This document shows, piece after piece, positions 31,445-40,987 of a DNA stretch of 64,000 bases. The position numbers and the translations under genes are program-made. The notes below the pieces were generated by a model. The model did no database searches, was not told where the DNA came from, and saw only the letters and a program-made list of their open reading frames with translations. Numbering within the stretch: position 1 is the first letter of the stretch; each line of letters opens with the position of its first letter. The stretch lies in NCBI GenBank assembly GCA_963703825.1, contig CAVPFS010000003.1:5689-69688 (forward strand), in the 5' to 3' direction. The DNA is from an uncultured Solirubrobacterales bacterium. GTDB taxonomy: Bacteria > Actinomycetota > Thermoleophilia > Solirubrobacterales > Solirubrobacteraceae.

Positions 31445-32647
31445 ATGCCGCAAGCCGTGATCGTCGACGCCATCCGGACGCCCATCGGGCGCGCCGGCAA
31501 GGGCTCGCTGAAGACCGTGCGCGCCGACGAGCTGGCGGCGATCCCGATCCGGACGCTGATCGAGCGAAACCCGGATGTGGACTTCTCGCAGACCAACGAC
31601 GTGCTGATGGGGGCGGCGTCGGGCGTCGGGGAGCAGGGCTACAACGTTGGTCGCAACGCCTCGCTGCTGGCGGGCCTCGACCACCACGTCCCCGGCTGCA
31701 CGGTCAACCGCTTCTGCGCCTCGTCGCTGATGGCGATCAGGATGGCCTCGCACGCGATAAGGGCCGGGGAGGGCGACCAGTACATCGCCGCCGGGGTCGA
31801 GGCGGTGTCGCGCGCCGGGCTCGGCGCCGGGATGATGGACGAGGCCAAGAACCCGAAGCTCGACGGCTCCGACGGCTCGCTGTACGACGTCTACATCCCG
31901 ATGGGGATGACCGCTGAGAACGTCGCCGAGCGCTGCAACGTCACCCGCGAGCAGCAGGACCAGTGGGCCGTGATCTCCCAGAACCGGGCCGTCGAGGCCC
32001 GAGCGTCGGGCCACTTCGCCAACGAGATCGTCCCGGTCACGGTCGCCGCCCACCGCGACACCGACAAGGAGGGCAACGAGATTGACGTGCCCGAGACCGT
32101 CGTCGACGCCGACGACGGGCCGCGCCCGGGGACGACGATGGAGGTGCTGGCCCAGCTGCGCCCCGCGTTCAAGCCCGACGGCACGGTGACGGCCGGCAAT
32201 TCCTGCCCGCTCAACGACGGGGCGGCCGCGGTGCTGGTGATGTCAGACGAGAAGGCACGGGCGCTGGGGCTGACGCCGATGGCGCGGATCGTCGCCTCGA
32301 CGGTCGCGGCCATCCGGCCCGAGATCATGGGGCTCGGCCCGATCCCTGCGATCCAGGCGCTGCTCGCCGAGACTCAGATGACGATTGACGACATCGACAT
32401 CGTCGAGATCAACGAGGCGTTCGCTGCCCAGATCGTCCCCTGCCGCGACGAGCTCGGGATCCCCGAGGAGAAGCTCAACCCGTTCGGCGGCGCGATCGCG
32501 CTCGGCCACCCGTTCGGGATGACCGGGGCGCGGATCATGACGACGCTGATCAACGGCCTGCGCAAGCTCGACGGCGCCTACGGGATCGAGTCGATGTGCG
32601 TCGCCGGCGGGATGGGGCAGGCGATGCTGATCGAGCGGCTGAGCTAG
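31445..32647 (+). CDS. Acetyl-CoA C-acyltransferase (thiolase)
   Basis: NRFCASS, NEAFA, GGAIALGHPFGMTG, CVAGGMG. Confidence 0.93.
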   Translation: MPQAVIVDAIRTPIGRAGKGSLKTVRADELAAIPIRTLIERNPDVDFSQTNDVLMGAASGVGEQGYNVGRNASLLAGLDHHVPGCTVNRFCASSLMAIRMASHAIRAGEGDQYIAAGVEAVSRAGLGAGMMDEAKNPKLDGSDGSLYDVYIPMGMTAENVAERCNVTREQQDQWAVISQNRAVEARASGHFANEIVPVTVAAHRDTDKEGNEIDVPETVVDADDGPRPGTTMEVLAQLRPAFKPDGTVTAGNSCPLNDGAAAVLVMSDEKARALGLTPMARIVASTVAAIRPEIMGLGPIPAIQALLAETQMTIDDIDIVEINEAFAAQIVPCRDELGIPEEKLNPFGGAIALGHPFGMTGARIMTTLINGLRKLDGAYGIESMCVAGGMGQAMLIERLS

Positions 32648-32716
32648 CCCTCACCGGACGTCTGGGAGATCGGCGGGGACGCTTGCGGCCCAGAGGTCGG
32701 CCGCGACGCTCGCCGC

Positions 32717-34000
32717 TCAGAGGTCGGCCGCGACCCGCACGCCCGCGAAGATCTGGCGCCGCTGCGGGAAGTCCCAGTTGCGGAACGTGGGCGAGCTGAC
32801 GCGCGCTCTGGTAGCCCAGGAGCAGCCCCGCAGCACCTTGTATTCCGAGCCAAAGAAGACCGCGGAATACTCGGGGTAGGGGAAGGGCTCAAAGCCCGGA
32901 TAGGGCACGAAGTCGCTCGCGGTCCACTCCCAGACGTCGCCGATCATCCCCAGACAGCCGTACGGCGAGGCCCCGGCGGGGCATGACCCGGCGGCCGCGG
33001 TGCCGCCGGTGAGCTGGTCGACGTTCGCGTGCAGGCCCGGGGTCGGCGGCTGATCGCCCCACGGCTGGCTGCGCGCGACCGCCGCCCCGTCGTCCCAGGT
33101 TGCGGCCTTCTCCCATTCGGACTCGGTGGGGAGCCGCAGGCCGTGTGAGCGCGCGAACGCGTCGGCCTCGAACCACGAGATGTGGACGACGGGCCGATCG
33201 CCGGCCAGCGGCTCGAGCTTGCCCAGGCGCCACTCGCCGCTGCGATCGGCGGTCCAGCCGGCGGGCTGCGTGATGCCGGACTGGAGCCTGAACGCCCAGC
33301 CGTCCTCTGACCAGAACTCGCGCCGCTCGTAGCCGCCGCGCTCGACGAACTCCAGGTAGTCCGAGTTGGTGACCGGCGTGCGCCCGATCAGGAAACCGGG
33401 CACGGCGGTCGCGTGGCGCGGGCGCTCGTTGTCGTATGCGAACGTCCCGTCCGCGGCTCCGATCGTGCACTCGCCGGCCCCGACCGCGACCAGCTCGAGG
33501 CCGGTGAACGTATCCCCGCCGCCACCCGGCGCCCGCTGGCCGAGCTCGTAGCCGCTCAATCGGGCGAGTTCCACGGTCTGCAGCATCGTCTCGTTGTGCT
33601 GCTGTTCGTGGCGGACGATCAGCTCGGTGACCACGCCGTCACCGGCGCCGCGCTCGGCGAGCACTTCGAGGGTGCGCTCGCGCACCTCGGCCAGGTATTC
33701 GTGAGCCTCCTGCGGGCGCAGGAACGGCAGCTCGCCGCGCTTGGCGCGGGGCGTCTCGAAGGCGTCATAGACGTCGGCCAGGTCCTCGCGCAGCAGCGGC
33801 CGGCCGCCGTAGCGATGGCAGATCCAAAGGTCCTCGAACGCAGCGATGTGCCCGAGATCCCAGACCAGCGGGCTCATCAGCTCGGAGTGGATGCGCTCGA
33901 GGTCATCGTCGCTGACCGAAGCGACGAGTGCCAGCGTCCGCGCTCGTGCCTCGCCCAGCGCCTCGATCGTCTGCGCGCTTTGCTGCTCGGGGTCAGTCAT
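32717..34000 (-). CDS. egtB: Ergothioneine biosynthesis sulfoxide synthase (DinB + FGE-sulfatase domains)
   Basis: MSPLVWDLGH, HEQQHNETMLQT, RLPTESEWEKAA, GDVWEWT, FRNW. Confidence 0.8.
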   Translation of the reverse strand: MTDPEQQSAQTIEALGEARARTLALVASVSDDDLERIHSELMSPLVWDLGHIAAFEDLWICHRYGGRPLLREDLADVYDAFETPRAKRGELPFLRPQEAHEYLAEVRERTLEVLAERGAGDGVVTELIVRHEQQHNETMLQTVELARLSGYELGQRAPGGGGDTFTGLELVAVGAGECTIGAADGTFAYDNERPRHATAVPGFLIGRTPVTNSDYLEFVERGGYERREFWSEDGWAFRLQSGITQPAGWTADRSGEWRLGKLEPLAGDRPVVHISWFEADAFARSHGLRLPTESEWEKAATWDDGAAVARSQPWGDQPPTPGLHANVDQLTGGTAAAGSCPAGASPYGCLGMIGDVWEWTASDFVPYPGFEPFPYPEYSAVFFGSEYKVLRGCSWATRARVSSPTFRNWDFPQRRQIFAGVRVAADL

Positions 34001-34757
34001 CGCCGGTGGCAGGGTTGAGCCCGTATCGCAGAAATAGCGCCGACTCGCGTTCGAGCACGCCGTCGAGGGTCAGCTCGCCCGGCTCGGGGAGCGGATCGCC
34101 GAGCGTGATCGTGGGTGCCGTGCCGCCACCCACGAGCTTCGGCGATAGCGTCAAGAAGAGCTGGTCGGCGACCCGCTCGTGGGCGAGCCGGGCGAACACA
34201 CGCGGGCCGCCTTCGCACAGCAGCATCCGCACGTCGTGCTCGCGGCGTAGGTACTGCAGCGCCGCCGCGAACGTCAGCTCGGCGAGGTCGAGCTTGACGA
34301 TCTCGAGCTGCGCCTGCACGCCGGACGTGTCGATGTCGGCGCTGGTGAAGACGATCACGTGCGCCTCGGGCTCGGCGAACAGGGGTATGTCGAGCGGCAG
34401 CGAGCCGCTGCGCGTCAACGTGCAGGCGATCGGCTCGGGGCGCATCCCGCGCTGGGTGCGCCAGTCGCGAGACGCCGGGTTGCTGAGCACGCGGCCGTAG
34501 CGTTCGGCGCGCAGGGTCCCGGTGCCCGCCAGGAGCGCGTCAGTCTGGCGGCGCAGGGAGCGGAACAGGGCCTTGTCGCCGTCGTCGCCCAGCCCGGCGG
34601 AGCGGCCATCGACGGTCGCCCGCCCGTCGGCGCTGGCGATGAAGTTGACGACCGTGAACGGGCGCTCCGGCAGCGCCCGACGCGGGAACTCCAGCTCCGC
34701 CAGGTAGTCGTGTATCTCGACTTCGCGCTGCGCCGGCCAGAGCTCTGAGAAGCGCAT
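33993..34757 (-). CDS. RibD C-terminal / dihydrofolate reductase-like protein
   Basis: NFIASADGRA, GTGTLRAERY, LLCEGGP, LTLSPKLVGG. Confidence 0.85.
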   Translation of the reverse strand: MRFSELWPAQREVEIHDYLAELEFPRRALPERPFTVVNFIASADGRATVDGRSAGLGDDGDKALFRSLRRQTDALLAGTGTLRAERYGRVLSNPASRDWRTQRGMRPEPIACTLTRSGSLPLDIPLFAEPEAHVIVFTSADIDTSGVQAQLEIVKLDLAELTFAAALQYLRREHDVRMLLCEGGPRVFARLAHERVADQLFLTLSPKLVGGGTAPTITLGDPLPEPGELTLDGVLERESALFLRYGLNPATGDD

Positions 34758-34838
34758 CTCAACCAGTCTGCCAGGGTCCGCGTTCCGGCTGCGCCAGCTC
34801 GCTCACACGCCTGCCAAACCGGCTAGTCTGCGCCAGCG

Positions 34839-35300
34839 GTGGACTTCAAAGCGCTTAATCGCGGCGAGCTGATCGCCAGCGCGGGAGGGATCCTGCTCGG
34901 CATCTCACTGTTTTTGAGCTGGTACTCGCTCGGCAATGCCAACGCGGTCCTCGGCACCTGTCACGGACCGAACTCGACCTGCAGCGGCTGGGCATCGCTG
35001 TCGGCTGCGCGCTTTCTGCTGTTGATCGCCGCCGTCGCTCCCGCGATCCTCGCCTACATCATCGTTCGCGGGCACGCGCTGTCGTGGCCGCGCGGCGAAC
35101 TGACCGCGGTGACCGCGCTCGTGGCGCTGACGGTCACGCTGTTCCGTGGCCTGGTCGACAAGCCCGGATCGCCCCCGGACGAGATCACGATCGCCGTCGG
35201 CTGGTGGATCGCGCTGGCGGCGTGCCTGCTGATCCTCGCCGGGGCCGTGTTCCGCGCCCAGGAGAGCGGCAGCCGGCGCAAACCCCCGGGGGTCCTGTGA
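34839..35300 (+). CDS. Hypothetical 4-TM membrane protein
   Basis: Hydrophobic helices; stop overlaps glpX start (GTGA). Confidence 0.7.
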   Translation: MDFKALNRGELIASAGGILLGISLFLSWYSLGNANAVLGTCHGPNSTCSGWASLSAARFLLLIAAVAPAILAYIIVRGHALSWPRGELTAVTALVALTVTLFRGLVDKPGSPPDEITIAVGWWIALAACLLILAGAVFRAQESGSRRKPPGVL

Positions 35301-36286
35301 GCAGCCCGACACACCCCGATCGCAACCTCGCGCTCGAGCTGGTACGCGTCACCGAGGCGGCGGCGCTCGCCGCCGCGCGAATGGTCGGCCGCGGCGACAA
35401 GGAGGGCGCCGACCAGGCGGCCGTCGACGCGATGCGGGCGATGCTCGACTCGGTCTCGATGGACGGCGTCGTGGTGATCGGCGAGGGCGAGAAGGACGAA
35501 GCGCCGATGCTGTTCAACGGCGAGCACATCGGCGACGGCAGCCCGCCAGAGGTTGACATCGCCGTCGATCCGCTCGAGGGGACGAGGCTGACCGCGCTCG
35601 GGATGCCGAGCGCGCTGGCGGTGATTGCGCTCTCCGAGCGCGGGACGATGTTCGACCCGGGCCCGTGCGTCTACATGGAGAAGATCGCGGGCGGCCCCGA
35701 GATCGCCGACCTGCTGGACCTCGACCGCCCGCTCGCCGACACGCTGGCACTGATCGCCGACCGGCGCAAGCGCGACATCCGCGACGTGATGGTCGTGATG
35801 CTCGACCGCGAGCGACACCAAGTCGCGATGCGAGAGGTCCGGGAGGCGGGCGCCCGCGTGCGACTGATAACCGACGGTGACGTGTCGGCATCGCTGCTCG
35901 CGGTCAGCGAGAACTCGCCCGTCGATCTCCTGTGGGGGATCGGCGGCACGCCCGAGGGCGTGATCTCCGCGGCGGCGATCAAGTGCATCGGCGGCCAGCT
36001 GCTGGGGCGGCTGTGGCCGCGCGACGACGGGGAGCGCACGGCGGCCGTGCAAGCCGGCTACGACCTCGACAAGATCCTGACCTGCGACGACCTGGTCGCC
36101 GGTGACAACTGCTTCTTCTCCGCGACCGGCGTCACCGACGGCGACGTCCTCCAGGGGGTCCGCTACCAGAGCGACCGGGGCGCCAGCACCGAGTCACTCG
36201 TCATGCGCTCTCGCTCGGGGACGGTTAGGCGGATCTTCGCCCTCCACGACCGGACGAAGATGCGCAGCTTCGGCGACTACGGCTGA
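35297..36286 (+). CDS. glpX: Class II fructose-1,6-bisphosphatase
   Basis: ELVRVTEAAA, VIGEGEKDEAPML, DPLEGT, GIGGTPEGV. Confidence 0.95.
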   Translation: MSSPTHPDRNLALELVRVTEAAALAAARMVGRGDKEGADQAAVDAMRAMLDSVSMDGVVVIGEGEKDEAPMLFNGEHIGDGSPPEVDIAVDPLEGTRLTALGMPSALAVIALSERGTMFDPGPCVYMEKIAGGPEIADLLDLDRPLADTLALIADRRKRDIRDVMVVMLDRERHQVAMREVREAGARVRLITDGDVSASLLAVSENSPVDLLWGIGGTPEGVISAAAIKCIGGQLLGRLWPRDDGERTAAVQAGYDLDKILTCDDLVAGDNCFFSATGVTDGDVLQGVRYQSDRGASTESLVMRSRSGTVRRIFALHDRTKMRSFGDYG

Positions 36287-36936
36287 TCGGCGAGCTGGCC
36301 CACCTTCGACGTCGCGAGGTCGAGCTTCGCGAGCGAGCGCAGGAAGGCGTGGGTCACGAGCACGTGAACGGCTGATTGGGTCATCTGGTAGACGGGGGTG
36401 CTGAAGCCGACAGCGATCGACGGGTAGAAGTTCGAGACCTCGACGTCGATCAGCACCCGGGCGCGTCCATCAGGATCGTCGGGCTCGCGCCGGACGTCGA
36501 GCGATAGATAGCCGCTGCCACGGCCGGTCCGGGCGACCAGCAGGCCGTCGCGAATCCGCCACCGGACGGCACCGCGATTGGGCTCGACGGCGTACTCCGG
36601 CGGCTCGAAGCGCAGCAGCGTGAACGGCCTGCAAACGAACACGACCGAGCGGCTGTCAGCGCCGTACGTGACACGGATCAGCCCGAGCGTGACCCGTGTC
36701 AAGAACAGCCAGTAGGTCCGGGCGAGGTTCTCGAGGTTTGGGCGCCTCCAGAGCCTTTCGAGATCGTCAGGATCGAGCGTCAGCTGCGCCGACTGGACCG
36801 ATCGCACGCCGCCGTCGTGGGCGATCACGGTCGACTTCGGGCGCGAGACGATCACCGCCTGCGCGGGCAGTCGCCGCAGCTGCCTGCGCAGCAGCGCGAA
36901 CAGGACCAGGGCGAGGATCGTGATCGGGGCAAGCAT
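36277..36936 (-). CDS. Hypothetical protein
   Basis: Clean ORF with protein-like composition. Confidence 0.65.
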   Translation of the reverse strand: MLAPITILALVLFALLRRQLRRLPAQAVIVSRPKSTVIAHDGGVRSVQSAQLTLDPDDLERLWRRPNLENLARTYWLFLTRVTLGLIRVTYGADSRSVVFVCRPFTLLRFEPPEYAVEPNRGAVRWRIRDGLLVARTGRGSGYLSLDVRREPDDPDGRARVLIDVEVSNFYPSIAVGFSTPVYQMTQSAVHVLVTHAFLRSLAKLDLATSKVGQLADQP

Positions 36937-36969
36937 CGCGGATAGTTTCGGCCTGGCGGGCGGCTTTCG

Positions 36970-38176
36970 TTAGCGGGCCAGCTCCTCGAGCGCGACCGCC
37001 GTTCCGGCCGGCACGGTCCCCTCGCCCGCCGCGATCATCGCCAGCGCGTCGGCTCCGATCAGCGAGGTGAGGATGTGTGAGCCCTGAGGCCCGTTCGGGG
37101 TCGCGACCGGCGGCCCCTCGCCGCGGCTCAGCCGGACGCGGATCGCCTGCTCGCGACCGGGGTTGCGGGGCACGTCGGCACCGAGCGCCGCCTCGGGCTC
37201 GAGCGTCCGAATCCGCTTCTGGCCCTGGAGCTTGTAGAGCGCAGGGGCGGCGAACAGCGAGAACGTGACCGCCGCCGAGACCGGGTTGCCCGGCAGCCCG
37301 AACACGAGCTTGCCGTCCTGGTGGGTACCGAACCACGTTGGCTTGCCAGGCTGCAGCGAGACGCTCCAGAAGACCTCGCGCACGCCCATTTCCGACAGCA
37401 CCGGCTTGACGTGGTCGTGGGGACCTACTGAGACGCCGCCCGAGATCAGCAGCACATCGGAGGTCGCGAGCGCCTCGGAGATGCCCTCGTAGGTCGCCTC
37501 GTGGTCGTCGGGCAGGCGCCGTGCCCCGATCAGGAGGGGCGCCCGCGTTCGCGGCTAGGCCTGACAGCATCGGCGCGTTGGAGTTGTGGATCTCGCCGGG
37601 GCCCAGCGGCTCGCCGGGCGCGCGCAGCTCGTCACCGGTGCACAGCACGGTCACCCGCGGCATCCGCACGACCGCCACGGTGCCGGCGCCGGCCGCGGTC
37701 GCCGCCCCGAGCTCGGCGGCTTGGAGCCGCACCCCGGCGTCGAGCACGACCGTCTCGGCTCGGATGTCCTCGCCCGGCATGCGGACGTTGGCGCCCGTCT
37801 TGGTGGCGCTCGCGGTCTCAATCGTGTCTCCGTTGGCTTTGACCTGCTCCTGCGGGATGACCGCAGTCGCGCCTGCCGGCACCGCGCCACCGGTCGAGAT
37901 CCGGATCGCCTCGCCGTCGCGCAGCCCGTGGTCAGAGGGGGCGCCGGCGCGGGATTCACCGACGATCCTCAGCATGCGGCCCGCGTCGCCCGCGTGGATC
38001 GCGTAGCCGTCCATCGCCGAGGACGGGAACGGCGGCACGTCGCCGGCGGCGCGGACCTCGGCGGCGAGCACGCGGTGCAGCGCTGCGGTGATCTCGACCT
38101 CCTCGGCGTTGAGAGCCGAAGCCTGCTCGAGCACCAGCTCGCGGGCGTGCGCCACGCTGATCAGGGCGGGGGACAT
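36970..38176 (-). CDS. moeA: Molybdopterin molybdotransferase (one frameshift near 37530)
   Basis: SAMDGYA, ISTGG, TGDEL, SGGVSVG, PGKP, GLPGNPVS. Confidence 0.92.
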
Positions 38177-38235
38177 CTGTCGCCTTTCAGCTTATGCCCA
38201 GGGAAGCCGACGGGGGCGCGTGATACAAGACCGCG

Positions 38236-39471
38236 ATGCTGACAGGACCACCCCGCCGCCGGCGCGCACGCCCGGTCGCCGACGCGCCGATCGGCTCGCT
38301 GCTTTCTCAATCCGAAGATCTCGCCAAGGGGTGGCTGTTGGCACTGCTCGAGCGCGCTCCGCTCGACGACGCGCCGCGGATCCTGGCCGCCGATCTGACC
38401 CGCGACGGGCCACGGGTATGCGACGCGATGCTGCGCGCGGTCGCCGACGACGCAGACGAGCGCCGGCTCGAGCCTGGCGGCGCCCTGGCGCCGCTCGCGG
38501 CAAGGATCGGCGAACTCGCTGGGGCGAGCGGGGCGGAGGCGACGTCGCACGCGGTCGACGCGCTGCAGGCGGTCGTCTGGGCGGCGCTGCGCTACGAGCT
38601 CCAGAGCCCGGATCCGGACCTGATCACGGCGATCGTCGAGCGCCTCGCCCAAGTGACCGAGCTGATGCGCGCGGCTGCCCTGCGCGGCATCGACGGGGTG
38701 GCCCCAGGGCCGCCGCTTTCGGCTGTGCAGCCAGGGTCTCGCGACCAGCCGGCCGCCGATCGGGGGCCGGCGATCACTGACCTGCGGGTCGCGCGGCGGG
38801 CTGACGATGCATCTGGTGCCGGTGGTGCCGGTGATGCGGGTGGCGCGAGCGAACGTGAGCTCGAGCCGCCGCCGCCCGTGGGTGGCCGCGAGCCCCCCGC
38901 CACCGCGCCGGCCGCCGGCCCCGGGCCCCGCGCTCCCGAGCCGGTCGCCGGCCGCGGGCCCCGCGCCCCCGAGCCGGTCGCGCGCGAGTGGTTCGGTGAG
39001 CAGCCGGGCGGTGACGATCCGCTGTGGGTGAGCGCCTTGAATGACGAGATCGGACGGACCGGCGGTTCGCCGCTGTCGCTCGTGCTCGCCGAGCTCGAGG
39101 ATGCCGACAGGGTCGTCGCGGTCGAAAGCCCGCAGGCGTCGGCTATGACCTTCGGCGAGTTTGCCAAAGCGGTCCGCGGCGTCGTCCGCCGCCACGACAT
39201 CCTCGTCTGCGAGACAGACGCGCGCGCCTGGATCATCGCTCGTGACACTGGACGCAATGGGGCGCACGCGCTCGGCTCGCGGATCTCGGTCGCGGTACGC
39301 GAGAGCCAGCAATGGCGTGGGGCGCCGATGATCGCGAGTGTTGGCGTCGCGGTGCTGGGCGAGGACGGACGCAACCCGTCGGAGCTGATCGAGGCCGCCG
39401 AGGAGGACCGCTTTGCCGCCGCCGCGAGCGGGGTCGAGTTGCTCGGCGACGACTCGCCGGGCGACGACTAG
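38236..39471 (+). CDS. Degenerate GGDEF-domain protein with Pro-rich linker
   Basis: LSLVLAELE...VRRHDILVCETDARAWII...ASVGVA...ELIEAAE; GGDEF motif absent. Confidence 0.65.
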   Translation: MLTGPPRRRRARPVADAPIGSLLSQSEDLAKGWLLALLERAPLDDAPRILAADLTRDGPRVCDAMLRAVADDADERRLEPGGALAPLAARIGELAGASGAEATSHAVDALQAVVWAALRYELQSPDPDLITAIVERLAQVTELMRAAALRGIDGVAPGPPLSAVQPGSRDQPAADRGPAITDLRVARRADDASGAGGAGDAGGASERELEPPPPVGGREPPATAPAAGPGPRAPEPVAGRGPRAPEPVAREWFGEQPGGDDPLWVSALNDEIGRTGGSPLSLVLAELEDADRVVAVESPQASAMTFGEFAKAVRGVVRRHDILVCETDARAWIIARDTGRNGAHALGSRISVAVRESQQWRGAPMIASVGVAVLGEDGRNPSELIEAAEEDRFAAAASGVELLGDDSPGDD

Positions 39472-39523
39472 CACCGGCGCGGCGGCAGGTTGGCTCTGGC
39501 GGCCTGGCTGTTGAGGCGGCCGG

Positions 39524-40294
39524 TTACGGGAGCGCCGGCGCGACCGGCAGCGACACGGCATCGATCGTCGCCGTGCCCGCGATCCCGAGCGCGCGCCCGG
39601 TGGCCTCTGTCAGGTCCCAATCGGCCCCGTTGGCGTACGGACCGCGGTCGATAACCGGCACCACCATCGTCTGGCCGTCGTAGTAGATCGCCACCTTGGT
39701 GCCGCACTTCAGGGTCCGGTTGGCGACTCCGATCGTGTTGCGCCCCAGACGCTCGCCACACGCGGTCCGCCGCCCATAGAGGCCCGGGCCGTACTGGGTC
39801 GCGACCGAAGGGCGATAGACCGTGGTCGTCAGCATCGGCGCGACCGATGCGGCGCTGGCGCTATTCGGCTGTGAGAGCACGGCGCGGATCGAGAAGCGGC
39901 CGATGTGGTTGGTACTCCAGATCGCGCTGAACGAGCCGTCATTCGCGACCGTGGCGGTGACGGTGGGCGTCCACTGCCAATTGGTCTCGTGACCGAGGCG
40001 CTCGATCTCGATCGTGTCGCCGGCCTCGCTTGCGGGCGCGGTGCCGGTGAAGCTCAGACCGTTGCGCAGGACCGCCGAGGCGTTGGTGGTCAGCGTGATC
40101 CCACCGGCGGAGGCGCTAACGAGCACATCGCCTGGCTGCGTGGTCGGCGTCGTGCCGTTGGCGCCCGCCGCGCTGCCGCCGCTCGGGCTCACCGAACCAC
40201 CTCCCGAACTCGCCCAGGCGAGCGACGGGATCACGAGCAGTCCGCAGAGCAGACACAGCACGGCATAGGCGTTAGCGCGACGCGGCACGATCAA
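39524..40294 (-). CDS. Secreted RlpA-like (DPBB) lytic transglycosylase
   Basis: ATQYGPGLYGRRTACG, VANRTLKCGTKV, VIDRGPY, DLTEATG. Confidence 0.85.
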   Translation of the reverse strand: MIVPRRANAYAVLCLLCGLLVIPSLAWASSGGGSVSPSGGSAAGANGTTPTTQPGDVLVSASAGGITLTTNASAVLRNGLSFTGTAPASEAGDTIEIERLGHETNWQWTPTVTATVANDGSFSAIWSTNHIGRFSIRAVLSQPNSASAASVAPMLTTTVYRPSVATQYGPGLYGRRTACGERLGRNTIGVANRTLKCGTKVAIYYDGQTMVVPVIDRGPYANGADWDLTEATGRALGIAGTATIDAVSLPVAPALP

Positions 40295-40317
40295 TTGAAG
40301 GTCCGTCCAGTCTGGTG

Positions 40318-40455
40318 TCGCCTACGGGGTGAGCTGACGGGCTCGCGCCTGTTATGGCGCTACGGCCCTCAAAGGGACCGATTCGCCCCACGCGGGCCGT
40401 AGCCCGCAAGTGGGTCCCCCGCCGACCGCCCTCAGAGGGACGGTCGCTCGGCTGG
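40318..40455 (-). ncRNA. c-di-AMP (ydaO/yuaA) riboswitch
   Basis: Minus strand GCCGAGC...GGGGGACCC...GGGGCGAATC...GTAG...CCCGTCAGCTCACCCCGTAGGC; TATACT -10 at 40465-40470. Confidence 0.88.
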
Positions 40456-40507
40456 TGGCGCGGCAGTATACGTAACTGCGCCGGACGTGTGCGTCGGGGC
40501 TTGTCCG

Positions 40508-40585
40508 CCGGCCGGGCGGGTCAGGCGCTGCCACCGGCCGGGTGGGTCAGGCGCTGCCACCGGCCGGGCGGGTCAGGCGCTGCCG
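40508..40585. repeat. 26-bp tandem repeat, about 3 copies
   Basis: CCGGCCGGGCGGGTCAGGCGCTGCCA; last copy includes the cupin stop codon. Confidence 0.85.
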
Positions 40586-40974
40586 TACTCCTCGTCAGTC
40601 ACGTGGCGGCCCCAGGTGACCGCGACGTCTTCCTCGTCGGCCTCTTGGACCGCGAGGTGCACCATCGGGCCGCCGGGCGCAGCCCCGTGCCAGTGATCCT
40701 CGCCGGCGTCGACGCGGACCGCCGAACCGGGCTCGAGCTCGGCCACCTCGCCGCCCGCCGTCTGGACTCGCGCGCGTCCCTGCACGATGTAGAGGATCTG
40801 GCCGAGCGGGTGGGTGTGCCAGGCCGTTCGCGCCCCGGCCTCGAACGAAACCAATGACGCCCGCACCCGGCCGGGCAGCGGCTGCTCGCCGATCGAGCGG
40901 ATCGAAACCGCACCCGTGAACCAGTCCTCCGGGCCGCGTACGACCTCAGCCTCGTCTGGTGCCCTGATCTCGAT
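40573..40974 (-). CDS. Cupin domain protein
   Basis: WFTGAV, FEAGARTAWHTHPLGQ, HWHGA, WGRHVTDEEY; apparent start codon is ATC. Confidence 0.85.
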   Translation of the reverse strand: MEIRAPDEAEVVRGPEDWFTGAVSIRSIGEQPLPGRVRASLVSFEAGARTAWHTHPLGQILYIVQGRARVQTAGGEVAELEPGSAVRVDAGEDHWHGAAPGGPMVHLAVQEADEEDVAVTWGRHVTDEEYGSA

Positions 40975-40987
40975 CGTCGGCTCCCGG

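Noticed and set aside
40508-40585. CRISPR array
   Set aside because: Repeats are contiguous with no unique spacers, and there are no cas genes.
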